From: Takakia lepidozioides
Lineage: Eukaryota > Plantae > Bryophyta
Length of the DNA: 64,000 bases
Assembly: GCA_030704615.1 (NCBI GenBank)
Contig: CM060732.1
Span: 22,878,001-22,942,000 of the forward strand
Reading direction: 5' to 3'
This document shows, one piece after another, positions 59,728 through 64,000 of this stretch (its first letter is position 1; each line of letters opens with the position of its first letter). Below the pieces are notes generated by a model. It ran no database searches. It worked only from the letters and a program-made list of their open reading frames with translations, and was not told the origin of the DNA. The translations under genes were made by a program, and so were the position numbers.

Positions 59728-62700
59728 ATGGGTTCCTCTAAAGCGGAGTTTTACTTTGTGGAGAAATCTGTCCCTTTCTCGAAGGATGCCGATTCCAATG
59801 GTTACGCAATTGCGTAGGAACATCTCCTGGCAACGTGTTTCGAGTACCAGATTGGCACTGTTTTCCTTGAAAGAGAGGTCTACGATGTCGATCGGAAGTT
59901 GATCAAGTATTCATTTTAGAAACCGGATGAAAATTCTCTTGTGAGTCAGTGGAGAGTGCCTCCAGGAAGATACAGGGTCGTCAGAGCTCCTCGGCGGCAG
60001 TCCACTGGTTCGTATGTCTCCCCGGGAACTGCTGAATCTGTTGCTCAAGAGAAAAGGAATATCGTCGTGAAGACGGAGACCACTACTTCCACCCCAATAG
60101 TTGAGCTCTCAGACTCCTCCTCCGAGGACGTTCCCAACATCCCAATTTCTGTGCAAACACCGCCGGTCGTCAAGCCGCAAGTGACACACCTCATCAGTGT
60201 CATTCCTAAACTGAAGTCAATGGGAGGAATGCCCGGTTTCCAGAGTGAATTGCGGGGGATTGACTGGGACACTGTCCCTATTGAGTGTGTGGAGTTCCTG
60301 CCGGATGCTTATGATGGGGATGTCGTCTTCGAGCTACCTCCACCTGGGCGGGATGGACCCGTCACGAGCCTCATGCAGGGAATGGACAACAGAGGAGATG
60401 GACACCCGTGGTGCAGAACAAAAACATCCAATATTCAAAATCATGACAACCTCGTCTCCTGGAGAAGCCTGTGCAATGGGCACCTGATGTGCGAGAATTT
60501 GAATTGTAGGCATTTCCAGCGGTTGAAGGTTCACAACCAGTGCGAGTGGGAGGGTGTCGCCGAAAATCCATTCAAACCTGGTGAAGCACCTCCAAGCTCC
60601 AACACTTTCATTTGCAAGTTCTGCAAACAAGCGCCTTCCTGTCTGGCAGTGTGTGCAGCACGCAAGTACTATGTTGTTCACCGTTTGAGAAACATGACTA
60701 GAGCCTGTGTACATTTCGGATTCCACAACCATCCTGTGGCGAAGGGGGATTACAGGGAGAGTGCTCAAACAGTATCCAAGTTGATAAGACAGGAGTATGA
60801 GAGCAATCCAACAGCCACCACCTCCGCAATTGTGCTTGGAGCAAACAAGACTTTCTTGGAAAACCATATTCTGAGTGTAGGGGACTCTGTGGGCAGGAAG
60901 CTGGACGGGCATGCCTTGGACAATGTTATGGATCACTTCTCAACCTTGAGCTCACCGAACATTAGAAACCAGGTGAATGCATTGAGGATGGGCTCTGCAA
61001 ACAGAGGGTATATTGATAACATTTTGGAATTGAAGTCTCGGAGCATGTACGACTACATTCAAGACAGCGTGTTCCCAGGTCAAGGATCCAACAAAGTGTA
61101 CAATTTCAAAATGTCGACAGCCGGGGAGGGCAACGGAGTGAGTCTTGTCAAGCGAGTGCAAAAGGATGGCGATTTGCATAACTGTATCCTTATGTTTGAT
61201 CACGTGAAACGAGTGAAAGACTAAACAACAATGGCGTGTCATGTTTACGATCCTTTCTACCAGCGAGTCATGTCAATTGTAGTGTGTGACATGCAATCGG
61301 AGGATGCGGAGTCGCAGCAGCTAATGTGGAGATGTCTCATTCGCGTGATGGCATCCCATGGTGTCCCATCCCCAAATTTCGCTGGTTTTATGGCCGACAG
61401 TGCTCAAGCGAATTTCAATGCTGTTCACATTGTGTTCGGTTCAGGAGATCCAAAAGTGCCAATGCCAGGAAGAGAGCAAACATGTCTTTTCCATTGGACG
61501 CAGTCCCTTGAGAAACATACCAAGGCAGACATCAAACCGGACATGCGGCCGATTCATCTTAAGCTATGCAAATAGTACAAAGATGCCAAAAGCATGGCGG
61601 AGGCGAATACTTTGTTCTAGTCAATTTGTGCCTGGTGGTTCTCATCTGGGACTGCATCAGAAGACAGTATGAGAGCGCTGGAAGACTGGCTAGCATTTTG
61701 GCACTTCCGGTACAGACAATGGGGAGCATGCATGACAACGGTACTTGAATTTCAGATCATGAATTCTCATTGGCTTTGTATGCATTTCTAATCATGTCTG
61801 CTGTCGTGGGGTGTACCTATTTGTTCTGATGTGTGTTTTCCCTTTCTGCAGCACTTGTCAATTGAGGAGATGGCGGACACGCCCTCTTGCAATCTAGCGA
61901 AGCCAGTGCACAATGCATGGTTGCAGCTTTTTGGAAAGCGGGGGCAGGATTTGTATCTGGCGATGGCAGATGATCTCATCCGAGCTCTGCAGCAACAAAC
62001 GAGATATCGGGATTTCTTGAGGGGTGGCGTTGGTGGCAAAAGCCCTAACAAGTCTGAGTTGATGTTGCGAGCTGCAAAAAGATCGGGGGATCCAAACAAG
62101 ATTGCCAGGGCTGTCAACATGTGTGCGGAGGGAACTCCTCTGGTGTCCAGAGTTCCCCATCTGGAGGGCGAGGAGAGATTCGGGTCTTGTAAACGGAAAT
62201 TGAACAGCCCTCCTGGGTCGGATGCAGACTCGCACAAGGCGGACAGGGACAACTTCTCCATTCTGCGTGTTCCATTGCATGAGAGGTTCGTCTCTGGAAT
62301 ATCCAGTGCGGAGCAACGTTTCTCACAAAGTACGCCAGCATCTCCCACTGTCAATGAGTCCAGCGTGCTCTCCTATGATGGAGTTCACCTGCTCCGACAA
62401 AGTGTGGCACATAGAACGTACCAGAGCTGGGTCTCGAGTGAAGTGCAAGTCCTTCATATCCAGAGGTAGTGCCTACACTCCAGCACCGACCTTCACCGCT
62501 TTGTTCCAGCCTTACGGGCAGCCAGAGGCGAAGAACCACAAATTCTGGTTCTGCGCTGACGACTGTGGTAGGTGCGTGCGTGGGACCGTGCGACCATCAG
62601 TGGTCATGAAGCCTCCTCCACCGAGCGTTTGCCCTGTCAAGGTGGGGACACATCTCACAAGTCAAGAGATTGCAATGTTGGAGGAGACAGGGTTTTCCCT

Positions 62701-63184
62701 TCAGCGAGAAGCCTCTGTGCGTGCAAGTGCTTCCACTTCGGGAAGTTCTAGAGTGCCACCAGCCAACCCAGATGCATGGCCAACAAAAAGAAATGGGAAG
62801 GTAGTACGTCATTTCCCACCAAGTGCCGAGCACTTCGGCAAGGTGGAATCCGCTCGAATGCTTCTAGGACGTGTTGCAGGCACTACGGAAGTTGCAGATC
62901 CCGGGTATGGTCGGATCTACACTATGATGACCTCTACATCTGCTATCCATGACAGATTCTACGATATCACAGTTTCAAATTTCCCCAACTACACTTGTCC
63001 TGATTTTGTTGGCATGCTTTCAACAAGTTTGGGAAAGAGAGGCAAATTTGTACCCTGCAAGCATCTTTATTTTATCTTCTTGAACAGAATGATCTGTGAT
63101 CCCAAACGTGACATCTTCATTCACCAGGCCACCATGAGTTTCAATGAGGTGAATACACTTATGCAGCGGGACAGAAGCACATAG
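59728..63184 (+). pseudogene. MULE transposase copy 3 (intron 61741-61851; several stops; frameshift near 62370)
   Basis: Co-linear with copy 2: GHPWCRTKTSN, LMFDH, FMADSAQAN, TCLFHW, PCKHL. Confidence 0.92.
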
Positions 63185-64000
63185 GAAGAAGCTGACTTTC
63201 GTCCAATGCAATTTCCATGACTGAGAAATGTGTGTCATTTCAATAGTGTGATCAATGCAAAATAAATGGGATGGATAAGCATGCGTCGACGTGTTTCCGG
63301 TTTCCCATTTCCGGTGTTTTCGTTTCCTATTTACCCTGAATGAATGTCATGGCTATAGGTCCCTCGGCTATAGGCGCTACATGTTTCTGTTGACATGGCG
63401 TCCGCCACGTTGGCCGAATCCCACGTGGACATGTGGACTGCCACGTAGGCATGTTGACTGCCACATCATGTTGTTCACATGTCAGCACGCTCATGCCACA
63501 TCACCCTCATGCTCACGCCACATCAGCTGCTAGTCCCCTACGCTTGCGCCATGTCAGCATAGCATGAGCGCACGCTCACGCTATCACGCTCACGCTATCA
63601 CGCTCACGCTATCACGCTCACGCGGTAGCGTCATTTGCCATCTCACCTAGCAATGCATTTGCTACACAATAAGCTTCACTTCTCTTTGGAGCTCACGAAT
63701 CAAGCTTTTTACCTCCTTTAGCAAGCCACCAAGCCTTATCTCCTCTCAAGCCTTGGTCATTCAAGCTCCTTTCACTTGCTAGCTCAAGAGCCACTCCTCT
63801 CAAGCTTGAAAAGGCAAAGCTTAAGCCAACACATGCTCCACACATGCACCACCTCATACACAAAGGAATGAACTTACTCACTTCACCTTGTAGCTCTCCT
63901 CAAGCTTGAAGTTAGAAGCCACACTTGGGAGAGCATGCTCTACACATGCGCCACTTGCTTGGTCAACCACTTGCTTCACCAAGAGCAATCCAAGAACGCA

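Larger units (their letters stand above)
41038..63636 (+). mobile_element. MULE copy 3 (CGTGAGC-type), left end missing, interrupted by Gypsy
   Basis: ParB-MTase copy B plus transposase copy 3 in the same divergent layout as copy 2; right end GCTCACGCGGTAGC-N7 at ~63616-63636, preceded by (CGCTCACGCTATCA)3. Confidence 0.8.

Noticed and set aside
63640-64000. Imperfect ~100-bp duplication (CTCAAGCTTGAA...CATGCTC.ACACATGC) beyond the MULE end
   Set aside because: Probably part of another repeat cut off by the window edge; too little sequence to classify.

Overview
Eukaryotic, almost certainly land-plant (PLS-PPR and RLK fragments, spliceosomal introns; probably a non-seed plant, inferred) heterochromatin-like window made almost entirely of nested transposons, with a 500-N gap at 20087-20586 and no intact host gene. 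Left part: a frameshifted SET-domain gene and a decayed CACTA element (right end 17278). The CACTA transposase is split by a young 10.8-kb Ty3/Gypsy element encoding a C5-cytosine methyltransferase and a PHD-tipped integrase, with split (B...A-B-A) terminal repeats and a self-priming PBS. From 18.4 to 63.6 kb there are four nested or truncated members of a large Mutator-like (MULE) family with GCM-like/DDE/SWIM transposases. One is complete (25523-38881, 9-bp TSD ATTTTCTTG). Main candidate novel system: two of these MULEs carry a divergently transcribed, multi-exon gene fusing a ParB/Srx-like domain to a beta-class N6A/N4C-methyltransferase fold. Its introns hold element-specific arrays of one covarying palindrome (AAA-N4-GTGCG-N4-CGCAC-N4-TTT), amplified into a 3.4-kb 116-bp satellite in one copy. 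A second full-length Gypsy element (44032-57327, extra ORFs) interrupts the second copy of that gene. Domain calls are from motif recognition by eye, not database searches.
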